Shown: positions 1-8,533 of the stretch, in pieces
Layout of the letters: each line of letters starts with the position of its first letter
Numbering within the stretch: position 1 is the first letter of the stretch
Assembly (NCBI GenBank): GCA_016198905.1
Contig: JACQHR010000002.1
Coordinates: 1,418-65,417 of the forward strand
Length of the DNA: 64,000 nucleotides
Source of the DNA: Candidatus Omnitrophota bacterium
Lineage (GTDB): Bacteria; Omnitrophota; Gorgyraeia; Aquiviventales; Aquiviventaceae
Direction: 5' to 3'
Notes under the pieces: model-generated
What the model was told of the DNA's origin: nothing
The model's database searches: none
Seen by the model: the letters and a program-made list of their open reading frames with translations, nothing else
Program-made: the position numbers and the translations under genes

Positions 1-1
1 G

Positions 2-1315
2 TTCCGAGTGCTAGCGCAGTCGCACGACACCAAGCACCGCGGACCCGACGACGCACAGCTGATCCAACTCGCCCGTCTGCGTCAAGCGGTCTCCCGCGCG
101 GCGGGCGCGGCCATGGTGGCGTGTTGGGATCAAAGCCCCGAGGCGGAGCGGTTTTCCGCGCTGCCCCATGTGGCCTCGATCGCCACGCGCGGACCCCTGA
201 CGCCGGACCATGTGATTCGCACGAAGCGCATTCCGGTCATCCTGGGCGCGCGTGTCGAGCAGAGCGTGGGGCGATACGCTAGCGCTTACCGCGAATATTT
301 TCAGCGGCACACGCACCGCGGCCTGACACCGCTGGACCCTGCCCCGCGCTGGGCGGTGTGGCGGCGCGCTGGCAGTATCACGTTTGGCCGCACGCTCAAA
401 GACGCGCGCATCGCCGCAGACATCGCCCGACAGACCATGCGCGCGATCCAATGGGCCGAAACGCTTGGCGGGTGGCGCCCCTTGCCGGCGCGGGATATCT
501 TTGAAGTGGAGTATTGGGAACTGGAGCAGGCCAAGTTGAAGCGGACCGGTCCACCGCCGGTCCTGCAAGGGAAGGTGGCGGTGGTGACTGGGGCGGCCAG
601 CGGGATCGGTCGAGCGTGCGCAGAGCTGCTGTGTGCCCAGGGGGCTGTGGTCGCGGCGTTGGACATTCATCCAAAGATTCAGAGACTCGCCGCTGCTTCC
701 GGCATACTGGGACTGCGTTGTGATGTTACCCAGCGCGCCCAGGTGGAGCGTGCGGTGCGCGCCATCGTGCGGCACTTTGGCGGAGTGGATATTCTGGTCA
801 GCAACGCCGGCATCTTTCCCCCCAGTGAAACAATCGCCGAGATGCAGCCGGCCACGTGGCGCCGAAGCCTGGCGGCCAATCTCCATAGCCACCAACTGGT
901 GCTGCAAACGTGCATCCCGTACCTGACGTTGGGCATCGAGCCGGCGGTGGTCATCATCGCCTCCAAAAATGTTCCCGCGCCCGGCCCGGGAGCGTCGGCC
1001 TATTCCGTCGCGAAAGCCGGCGCGACACAGCTTGCGCGCGTGGCAGCGCTGGAACTCGCACCAGTTAAGATCCGCGTCAATATCATTCACCCGGACCAGG
1101 TCTTTGATACCGGGATCTGGACGCCGCAGGTGCTGGCCCAACGCGCCCAGCGCTATCACGTGAGTGTTGAGGAGTACAAAATCAGGAACTTGCTTCGGAC
1201 GACGATCACGTCGCGCGACGTGGCGGCGATGGCGTGCGCCATGGTCGGACCCGTGTTCGCCAAAACCACCGGCGCACAAGTGCCGGTTGACGGCGGCAAC
1301 GACCGTGTGATTTAG
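2..1315 (+). CDS. Bifunctional class II aldolase / short-chain dehydrogenase (rhamnulose-1-phosphate aldolase-ADH type). 5' partial: the aldolase domain is truncated at the window edge.
   Basis: The ORF runs off the left edge. The visible C-terminal part of an aldolase domain and linker is followed by an SDR domain with the Rossmann motif VVTGAASGIGRA and the catalytic YSVAKAG (YxxxK). The bifunctional family is ~700 aa, but only ~185 aa precede the SDR here. Confidence 0.7.
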   Translation, partial: FRVLAQSHDTKHRGPDDAQLIQLARLRQAVSRAAGAAMVACWDQSPEAERFSALPHVASIATRGPLTPDHVIRTKRIPVILGARVEQSVGRYASAYREYFQRHTHRGLTPLDPAPRWAVWRRAGSITFGRTLKDARIAADIARQTMRAIQWAETLGGWRPLPARDIFEVEYWELEQAKLKRTGPPPVLQGKVAVVTGAASGIGRACAELLCAQGAVVAALDIHPKIQRLAAASGILGLRCDVTQRAQVERAVRAIVRHFGGVDILVSNAGIFPPSETIAEMQPATWRRSLAANLHSHQLVLQTCIPYLTLGIEPAVVIIASKNVPAPGPGASAYSVAKAGATQLARVAALELAPVKIRVNIIHPDQVFDTGIWTPQVLAQRAQRYHVSVEEYKIRNLLRTTITSRDVAAMACAMVGPVFAKTTGAQVPVDGGNDRVI

Positions 1316-1340
1316 GCCGAGAGGGAATTCCTGGGACAGC

Positions 1341-2342
1341 ATGCGGTCGTTGCGATGGATGGGCATCGTGATCTTTGCCGGCGTGGTGGAGTTGGGTTTC
1401 GGCGTCCACTCGACCGGCTCCATCAACGTCGAATCTCCCCGCGAGCGTGAGGGACTCTTCACCTATCGGGTTCGCATCACCCAGCCTCTCCAACGCGCCG
1501 GCACGATCGATGTCTGGATTCCGCTGGCCAAGACAACCCGCGAGCAGCAGATCCTCCGCCGCCAGATTCACGCGCCGGTTCCGTACACAATCGCGCAAGA
1601 CCCGGAGTACGGGAATGACATCCTCCACCTGAGTCTTCAGCCGCCTCTCCCAGAGGGCTTCGAGGTCGCGATTGATTACCAGACTCATCTGGGGCTCGGC
1701 GAAGGCGCCGCCATCGACCTGCCTGCACCGGCCGATGAGCTGGCGCGCGAGCTCACGTCCCACGGACTCGTCATTGTGGACGACGAGGTTCGCACCAGAG
1801 CGCTCCACGCCACTGCTGGTCGTAGGACACCGATGGACAGAGCCCGAGGCATCTACGAAGCCGTGATCCGCCAAGTCAAGTACGACAAGAGCCTCCCGGG
1901 CTGGGGCCGAGGCGATACGCGCCGGGTGTGCCTGCTGGGGATGGGGAACTGCACCGACTTCCATTCGTTGTTCATTTCCATGGCACGGGCCAGCGGCATT
2001 CCCGCTCGCTTCAAGGTCGGCGTGGTGATCCCCCGAGCGCCCTCCAAAGTCATTCCCGGCTACCACTGCTGGGCCGAATTCTACCTGGAAGAGCGGGGCT
2101 GGGTGCCAGTAGATGCCTCGGAAGCTTGGAAGCACCCCGAACTGGTCGACTACTACTTCGGGGCGCATGATCCCAACCGGCTGCTCCTGAGCGTGGGCCG
2201 GGACATCCAGCTCGTGCCGCGTCAGCATGGCGAACCGGTGAACATCTTCTTCTATCCCTACGTCGAAGCGAACGGGCAGGTGGTTGATGGCGTGGAAACA
2301 CAGCTTATGTTTCGGGAGTTCAACCGGGAGGAGGGGGCATGA
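1341..2342 (+). CDS. Transglutaminase-like cysteine protease domain protein
   Basis: The transglutaminase core motif GNCTDFHSLFISMARASGIPAR is followed by GYHCWAEFY and a D, giving the Cys-His-Asp triad. The N-terminus is hydrophobic. Confidence 0.75.
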   Translation: MRSLRWMGIVIFAGVVELGFGVHSTGSINVESPREREGLFTYRVRITQPLQRAGTIDVWIPLAKTTREQQILRRQIHAPVPYTIAQDPEYGNDILHLSLQPPLPEGFEVAIDYQTHLGLGEGAAIDLPAPADELARELTSHGLVIVDDEVRTRALHATAGRRTPMDRARGIYEAVIRQVKYDKSLPGWGRGDTRRVCLLGMGNCTDFHSLFISMARASGIPARFKVGVVIPRAPSKVIPGYHCWAEFYLEERGWVPVDASEAWKHPELVDYYFGAHDPNRLLLSVGRDIQLVPRQHGEPVNIFFYPYVEANGQVVDGVETQLMFREFNREEGA

Positions 2343-2857
2343 GACAGGGCGGAGTCTTGGTGGTCGCGATGGCGATTGTGCTGAGCGGGTTGTTCCTGGG
2401 GCGTTCACCGGTCTTTGCAGCCGAGCATGGGGGCAAGGAGCACGGAGGTGCCGCGACGCAAGAGCATGGAGGAACGGCGTCCAAGGAGCACGGCGGTCAA
2501 GCGGTGCAGGCGGAGCCGTCGGCTGAGCAGATTCGCCACACAATCACCGATTACGTGCAAAGAATCGCCCAGCCAACGGGGGCGTTTCCGATCACGGATG
2601 CCGTCACCGGAACGACGCGCCAGTTGGAACTTGTGCGGGTGCATGACCGGGTCGGCAAAACCGGCTCGCTGTACTACTCCTGCACAGATATGCGTGACAA
2701 GCAGACGGGCGAGCTGCTGGACTTGGACTTTGACGTTGAGGCCGAGGACGGCCAGTTGGATGTCGTGGACGTGCGAATCCACAAGCTCGAAGGGCGACCC
2801 CGCTATACGTACGATGAGCACGACAACCGGGTTCCGTTACAACCGACAGCGCATTGA
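2339..2857 (+). CDS. Secreted hypothetical protein with four (K/Q)EHGG histidine repeats
   Basis: Signal peptide MRQGGVLVVAMAIVLSGLFLGRSPVFAA. Repeats AEHGGKEHGGAATQEHGGTASKEHGGQ. The start overlaps the stop of the transglutaminase-like gene. Confidence 0.5.
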   Translation: MRQGGVLVVAMAIVLSGLFLGRSPVFAAEHGGKEHGGAATQEHGGTASKEHGGQAVQAEPSAEQIRHTITDYVQRIAQPTGAFPITDAVTGTTRQLELVRVHDRVGKTGSLYYSCTDMRDKQTGELLDLDFDVEAEDGQLDVVDVRIHKLEGRPRYTYDEHDNRVPLQPTAH

Positions 2858-2969
2858 TCCGAAGAGTGGAATCCCTTACAATGAGGAGCAGACCAACTGT
2901 TCATTCTTGAAGCTATGACAAAGATCATAGGAGCCGCGTCAAGGGCCGGGTAAAATTCCCCTTCTACCG

Positions 2970-3947
2970 ATGGCTACGTCTGTTCCATTCGAGATTCGGT
3001 TTGAGTCGATCGGAGGTCTTGGTGCGCATCTGGCCGCTCAGCTTTTGGCTGAAACGCTCGTGCTGCGCCAAGGCTTCAACGCCTCACAGTTCTCCTCGTA
3101 CGGCTCCGAGAAGAAAGGCACCCCGATCCGCTCCTTCATCCGCGTCACCGACGCGCACAAGCCGATTCGGGTCAGCAGCCCCGTTATCGAGCCGGATATC
3201 CTGGCGGTCTTCCATGAGGCTCTCCTGGCGCGCCGATCGACGCTGGCCGGGCTCAAGCCGAAGGGCGTCTTGGTGATCAATCGGCCGCGCGCCTCCACGC
3301 GGCCGCTGCCACGCGCCCACGTGTTTCTCGTGGATGCGATGGCGATCGCGGTGGAGGAGCGCACGCGCATCAACACCGCGATCCTCGGCGCCGTCGCCAA
3401 GGCCTGCGCCCTGATCGACGCGAAGGCGCTCGCCGCGATCTTAGAAGAACGCTTCCGCGGCAAGTCCTCGAAGCTTGCCGAGGCGAACCTGAAGACCTAC
3501 TGGCGCGGATATGAGGAGGCCGTGGAGCGGACGGTGACCGACGGGCTGGAGATCCCGCCGCCCGATGGCGCCACAGCCGCCCCGCGTTGGGGCTACCTGA
3601 CGGCCCCCCTGGGCGGGGCCATCCTGGAGCCCGGCAGCATGGTCGCCAACGATCTGTCCGCCTCGCGCCAGGGCTTTGCGCCACGGCTGAACCTGGCTCG
3701 CTGCACACACTGCGGCATTTGCGATCTCGTCTGCCCGGACTACTGCTTGGTGTGGGAAGCGCAGGAGGTCTCCACCTGTGTGGGGCCGGACCAGGTCGTC
3801 TGGGACCGCCAGGCCGCGCGGTTGGTCGGGATTGACTACCAGTTCTGCAAGGGCTGTCTGCGATGCGTCGAGTCATGTCCCTCGGGGGCGCTGACCAAAG
3901 AGCTGGAAGGATCATGGGTACAGGATGCGCGGGTGCCCCTATGGTAA
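2970..3947 (+). CDS. 2-oxoacid (pyruvate):ferredoxin oxidoreductase gamma-delta fusion subunit
   Basis: An N-terminal PorG-like domain (FEIRFESIGGLGAHLAAQLLAE...SSYGSEKKG) is followed by two ferredoxin-type 4Fe-4S motifs, CTHCGICDLVCPDYC and CKGCLRCVESCP (PorD-like). Confidence 0.85.
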   Translation: MATSVPFEIRFESIGGLGAHLAAQLLAETLVLRQGFNASQFSSYGSEKKGTPIRSFIRVTDAHKPIRVSSPVIEPDILAVFHEALLARRSTLAGLKPKGVLVINRPRASTRPLPRAHVFLVDAMAIAVEERTRINTAILGAVAKACALIDAKALAAILEERFRGKSSKLAEANLKTYWRGYEEAVERTVTDGLEIPPPDGATAAPRWGYLTAPLGGAILEPGSMVANDLSASRQGFAPRLNLARCTHCGICDLVCPDYCLVWEAQEVSTCVGPDQVVWDRQAARLVGIDYQFCKGCLRCVESCPSGALTKELEGSWVQDARVPLW

Positions 3948-6265
3948 GACAACTCCACGCCAAGCGGCGGACACTCGCAACGGTCAGCGCGCCTCCCCTC
4001 GTTTCCCAGAAGGTGGAGTTTTTAAGCGGCAACGAATTGGCCGCCCTGGCCGCCTCGCAGATCAACTTCCATCTGATGGGCTACTACCCCATCACGCCCT
4101 CGACGGAAGTGGTCGAGCAGCTCAGCCGCATGAAAGCGCAGGGCCAGCATCAGATCGCGATGGTGCCGGCGGAAGGCGAGCACAGCGCGGCGGGCATCTG
4201 CTACGGCGCATCGACGGGCGGCGGGCGCGTCCTCAACGTCACGAGCTCCCAAGGACTCCTGTACGCGCTCGAGCAGTTGCCGGTGCAATCTGGGACGCGC
4301 TTTCCCATGGTCCTCAATGTGGCCACCCGCGCGATCAACGGCCCGCTCAACATCCGCTGCGACCACTCGGACCTCTACTTCGCGCTCAACACCGGCTGGA
4401 TCATCCTCCTGGCCAAGGATCCGCAGGCCGTCTACGACATGAACCTCCTCGCGGTGCGCATCGGCGAGCATCCGCGGCTGCGGCTCCCAGTCCTCGTTGC
4501 GTACGATGGCTTCTTCACGAGCCACCAGAAGCGTCGCGTCCACGTCTTCGACTCAGCGGTCGTGCGAGCGTTCATCGGGAAGCCCGCGCCGCCGTTCACC
4601 GCGCTGGACCCGGACAGGCCGGTGACGATCGGCCCGTATATGAACGACCCGGACCTCATCAACAACAAGTATCAGCTGAAGCTCGCCTTCGACGCGGCGG
4701 CGGAGGTGATCCCGGACATCTTCAAGGAGTTCGCCGCCCTCTCGGGACGGCGCTACCGCTCCGTTGAGCGCTACGCAATGGAGCGGGCCGACGCAGCACT
4801 CGTCCTGCTCAACTCTGCCGCGGAGACCGCCAAAGAAGCCGCGGACCTCCTACGACACCAAGGTCTCCGGGTGGGCGTCGTCTCCCTCAGCGTCTTGCGG
4901 CCGTTTCCTGCGGCCCAGCTGCGCGAGGCTCTGCGCGGCGTGAAGGCCGTCATGATCGGCGACCGGGCCGATTCCTATGGTGCCGGTGGCGGAAACCTCA
5001 GCCTCGAGGTGCGCGCCGCGCTGCAGGAGGAGCGCACGCGCCCGCGATGCCTCTCGCGCATCTATGGACTCGGCGGCAAGGACTTCACCGTCGAGGATGC
5101 CGTCGAGCTTACGCGCCAGGCCTTCGCGTCGCTAAAAGCCCCGCGGCGCATTCCGTCCTTCGACTATCTCGGTGCGACTCCAGGCGCCCCAGCCACCGTA
5201 GATGGCCACGACCGAGACGGCAAGGTTGCGCCTTTGCCGCTGACCGTCGAGGAAGTCAGCCGGCACCACGCGCAGCTGATGCAGGATCCGGTGACGAACC
5301 GCCTGACGGTGACGCTGGATCCGCTCTGGAAGATGGCGCCCACCCCGCATCGCGTGACCCCAGGGCATGGCGCGTGCCCGGGCTGCGGAGCGTTCACGAC
5401 GATCAAGCAGTTCTTCCGTATCCTGGACGGCCCGGTGATCGTGCTTTACCAAACGGGATGCGCCATGGTCGTGACGACCGGCTACCCGGCAACCGCGCAT
5501 CGCGTGACGTATCTGCACAACCTGTTTCAAAATGGCGCGGCGACCCTCTCAGGCCTCGTGGAGATGTACCATGAGCGGGTGCGGCGCGGCGAGCTGCCGG
5601 GCGTGGAAGACCCGACATTCGTGATGGTCAGCGGCGACGGCGGCATGGACATCGGACTCGGCGCAGCACTCGGCGCGGCGGTGCGCAATCCCCGGATGAT
5701 CATCCTCGAGTACGACAACGAAGGCTACATGAACACGGGCAGTCAGCTCTCCTACTCTACACCGATGGGTCATCAGACGAGCACGAGCCCAACCGGATCG
5801 AACAGCTTCGGCAAGAGCTTCCACCACCGGGATACCCCGCAGCTCTTCGCGGCCGCGGGCGCTGCGTACGTGTTCACCGCGGCGGAAGGCTTCCCGGAGG
5901 ACCTCATGAAGAAGGCCGCGAAAGCGCAGTGGTACGCCAAGCAAGAAGGGTTCGTGTACGGCAAGGTCCTCTCCGCCTGTCCGCTGAACTGGATGGCCCC
6001 GGATGATTCCGTGGCGACTGTCCTGCAGGCGGCGGTGGACTGCGGCTTCTTTCCGCTCTATGAAGTCGAGCGGGGCAAGACCGTCATCACGTACGACCCG
6101 GAGGCGCTGGGCCGAAAGCGGCCGGCACAGGAGTGGCTCGGCCTCATGGGCAAGACCAAACACTTGTTGACCCCCGAGACGTCATCTGTCGTAGCGGCCT
6201 TCGAGGCGGAAGTGGACCGTCGTTGGCGCCGCCTGAAAGCCAAGCACGAGCATCCGGAGCTCTGA
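3941..6265 (+). CDS. 2-oxoacid (pyruvate):ferredoxin oxidoreductase alpha-beta fusion subunit (TPP-binding)
   Basis: PorA-like N-terminus (EFLSGNELAALAASQINFHLMGYYPITPSTE) and a PorB-like C-terminus with Cys ligands and the TPP motif GDGGMDIGLGA. The start ATG at 3941 overlaps the upstream stop (ctATGgTAA). The ORF-track start at 3863 is probably too early. Confidence 0.85.
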   Translation: MVRQLHAKRRTLATVSAPPLVSQKVEFLSGNELAALAASQINFHLMGYYPITPSTEVVEQLSRMKAQGQHQIAMVPAEGEHSAAGICYGASTGGGRVLNVTSSQGLLYALEQLPVQSGTRFPMVLNVATRAINGPLNIRCDHSDLYFALNTGWIILLAKDPQAVYDMNLLAVRIGEHPRLRLPVLVAYDGFFTSHQKRRVHVFDSAVVRAFIGKPAPPFTALDPDRPVTIGPYMNDPDLINNKYQLKLAFDAAAEVIPDIFKEFAALSGRRYRSVERYAMERADAALVLLNSAAETAKEAADLLRHQGLRVGVVSLSVLRPFPAAQLREALRGVKAVMIGDRADSYGAGGGNLSLEVRAALQEERTRPRCLSRIYGLGGKDFTVEDAVELTRQAFASLKAPRRIPSFDYLGATPGAPATVDGHDRDGKVAPLPLTVEEVSRHHAQLMQDPVTNRLTVTLDPLWKMAPTPHRVTPGHGACPGCGAFTTIKQFFRILDGPVIVLYQTGCAMVVTTGYPATAHRVTYLHNLFQNGAATLSGLVEMYHERVRRGELPGVEDPTFVMVSGDGGMDIGLGAALGAAVRNPRMIILEYDNEGYMNTGSQLSYSTPMGHQTSTSPTGSNSFGKSFHHRDTPQLFAAAGAAYVFTAAEGFPEDLMKKAAKAQWYAKQEGFVYGKVLSACPLNWMAPDDSVATVLQAAVDCGFFPLYEVERGKTVITYDPEALGRKRPAQEWLGLMGKTKHLLTPETSSVVAAFEAEVDRRWRRLKAKHEHPEL

Positions 6266-6267
6266 AC

Positions 6268-7122
6268 ATGCCGCCGTTCCACGACACGCCACACACCTGC
6301 ACTGGTTTTCGCATCCTCAGCAAGGAGCGGCTCACCCCGGTCACGAACCGTTTCGTGTTGGAAGCGCCCTGGGTGGCGCGCGCAGCTCAGCCGGGGCAGT
6401 TCGTCGTCGTGCGGGTCGTCGAGGGCGGCGAGCGCATTCCGGTGACGATTGCGGATTTTGACGCGCAGGCCGGCACCGTCACCATTGTCGTGCAGGAAGT
6501 GGGGCGCACCTCGAGGCTCTTGTGCGCGCTGCAGAAAGGCGGCGCGGTCCTGGACGTCGTCGGGCCGCTCGGGGAACCATTCCGCGCGCTCAAGGGCAAG
6601 GTCGTGATCGGGATTGGTGGCGGCTTTGGGGCCGCGGCGCTGTATCCGATCGTCCGGGGGTTGCACCAGGCCGGGGTGATGACCGAGGCGATCCTCGGCG
6701 CGCGCACCAAAGAATTTCTCATCTTAGAGCGGGAACTGCGCGGCGTGTGTCGAGAAGTGCTGTCGTGCACCGACGATGGCTCGTATGGCTTCAAGGGGCT
6801 GGTGACCGAGTGCTTAACGACGCGCCTGCCGCAGCTTGGCGCGCGCGAGGAACTGGAGGTGGTGGCCGTCGGCCCTATGCCCATGATGCGCGCGGTCGCC
6901 GCGGTCACGGCAAAGCAGGGTATTCCCGCGCAGGTGTCGCTGGATCCGATCATGGTAGACGGCACGGGTATGTGCGGCGGCTGCCGGGTGACCGTGGGCG
7001 GCGAAGTGAAGTTCGCCTGTGTGGACGGGCCGATGTTCGACGCGCACCAGGTGGACTTCGCGGAGCTCGTGCGGCGCAACAAGATGTACAAGGCCGAGGA
7101 GGCGGCACTCAATGCCGGTTAA
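6268..7122 (+). CDS. NfnA/SudB/PyrK-like FAD, 2Fe-2S, NAD(P)-binding electron-transfer flavoprotein
   Basis: Ferredoxin-NADP reductase-like fold with the C-terminal cluster motif CGGCRV. The start lies 3 bp after the porAB stop. Confidence 0.75.
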   Translation: MPPFHDTPHTCTGFRILSKERLTPVTNRFVLEAPWVARAAQPGQFVVVRVVEGGERIPVTIADFDAQAGTVTIVVQEVGRTSRLLCALQKGGAVLDVVGPLGEPFRALKGKVVIGIGGGFGAAALYPIVRGLHQAGVMTEAILGARTKEFLILERELRGVCREVLSCTDDGSYGFKGLVTECLTTRLPQLGAREELEVVAVGPMPMMRAVAAVTAKQGIPAQVSLDPIMVDGTGMCGGCRVTVGGEVKFACVDGPMFDAHQVDFAELVRRNKMYKAEEAALNAG

Positions 7123-8533
7123 GCCCACCGCCAAGACCGGGATGCCGCACCAAGAGGCGCAGGCGCGAGCCCGCAATTTCGCGGAGGTCAACGCGGGCTA
7201 CCCCGACATCCGCGCGCAGTTCGAGGCGGGCCGCTGCCTGCAGTGCCAAGATCCCGTCTGTGAGACGGGCTGTCCGGTGCGGGTGCCGATCAAGGCGTTC
7301 ATCAAGTGCGTCGCAGACGGCAAGTTCCAGGACGCGTTTGAGCTGGTGAAGCACGCGCACCCCCTGCCGGCCATCTGCGGGCGCGTCTGCCCGCAAGAGA
7401 GTCAGTGCGAGAAATTGTGTCACATGGCCACGCGCTTTGAGCCGGTGGCGATCGGCCATTTAGAACGGTTCGTCGCGGACTGGGAGCATTCGCACCGCAA
7501 CGGGACTCCGCCGTCCCGCCCAGCACCCACCGGGCCGCGGGTGGCGATCGTCGGCGCCGGACCATCCGGACTCACTGCCGCCGGCGAGCTGGCGCGACTG
7601 GGCTACCGCGTAACGATCTTCGAGGCCTTGCATGAACCTGGAGGAGTGCTGCGCTACGGCATTCCGGAATTTCGATTGCCCAAGGCCATCCTCGATGATG
7701 AGATCGGACAGTTGAAGGCCCTCGGGGTGGAGGTTGTCTGTAACGTGATTATCGGCAAGACCCTTCCATTGGAGCAGCTCATGGGCCCGATGGCCTTCCA
7801 GGCCATCTTCATTGGAACGGGTGCCGGGCTGCCGAGATTTCTCGGCATTCCCGGTGAGAACCTCAACGGCGTCTATTCGGCCAACGAATTTCTGACGCGC
7901 ATCAATCTCATGCGTGCGTATGAGTTTCCCCGCGCGCATACGCCGCTGAAAGTCGGCAAGCGAGTCGCGGTGATCGGAGCAGGCAACACCGCGATGGACG
8001 CGGCGCGCAGCGCGTTGCGGATGGGCGCCGAAGAGGTGCGCGTGGTCTATCGACGCTCAGAGGTCGAGATGAGCGCGCGCGTCGAGGAGTACGCCCACGC
8101 CAAAGAAGAAGGCGTGATCTTCCAATGGCTGACGAATCCGATCCGCGTCCTCGGCAATGAAGACGGGTGGGTGACGGCGCTGGAGTGCCAGCGCATGATG
8201 CTTGGGCCGCCGGATGAGTCTGGACGGGCGCGCCCGATTCCCACGGATGAGCCGCTCGTGGTGACGCCGACGGATACCGTCGTGGTCGCCATCGGCACAC
8301 GACCCAACCGCCTGCTCACGAAGGGTGGGTGCCTTAAGACCGCATCCTGGGGCGGGCTCATCGTCGATGACGCCTCGGGAGAAACGTCGCAGTCGGGGGT
8401 GTTCGCCGGAGGCGACGCGGTGACTGGCGCTGCAACGGTCATCCTAGCTGCGGGAGCGGGACGCCGGGCCGCAGCGGCGATTCATGCGAAGCTGTCGGCT
8501 GCGCAAGACGGGCGGACATCAGTAAATGCGTGA
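7112..8533 (+). CDS. GltD/NfnB/SudA-like NADPH-dependent iron-sulfur flavoprotein (paralog 1)
   Basis: Two 4Fe-4S motifs (CLQCQDPVCETGCPV; CGRVCPQESQCEKLC) and two dinucleotide-binding motifs (VAIVGAGPSGL; VAVIGAGNTAMD). The start overlaps the upstream stop. Confidence 0.8.
   Translation: MPVKPTAKTGMPHQEAQARARNFAEVNAGYPDIRAQFEAGRCLQCQDPVCETGCPVRVPIKAFIKCVADGKFQDAFELVKHAHPLPAICGRVCPQESQCEKLCHMATRFEPVAIGHLERFVADWEHSHRNGTPPSRPAPTGPRVAIVGAGPSGLTAAGELARLGYRVTIFEALHEPGGVLRYGIPEFRLPKAILDDEIGQLKALGVEVVCNVIIGKTLPLEQLMGPMAFQAIFIGTGAGLPRFLGIPGENLNGVYSANEFLTRINLMRAYEFPRAHTPLKVGKRVAVIGAGNTAMDAARSALRMGAEEVRVVYRRSEVEMSARVEEYAHAKEEGVIFQWLTNPIRVLGNEDGWVTALECQRMMLGPPDESGRARPIPTDEPLVVTPTDTVVVAIGTRPNRLLTKGGCLKTASWGGLIVDDASGETSQSGVFAGGDAVTGAATVILAAGAGRRAAAAIHAKLSAAQDGRTSVNA

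Noticed and set aside
11-1462. 483-aa minus-strand ORF antisense to the aldolase/SDR gene
   Set aside because: The opposite strand encodes a protein with clear SDR motifs. The minus ORF is Arg/Pro/Gly-rich low-complexity sequence typical of antisense frames in high-GC DNA.
1206-2543. 445-aa minus-strand ORF antisense to the transglutaminase-like gene
   Set aside because: No motifs and an Arg/Pro-rich composition. The plus-strand gene has a recognisable catalytic core.
3370-4065. 231-aa minus-strand Arg-rich ORF across the porGD/porAB junction
   Set aside because: Antisense to strongly conserved OFOR coding sequence. The composition is artefactual.
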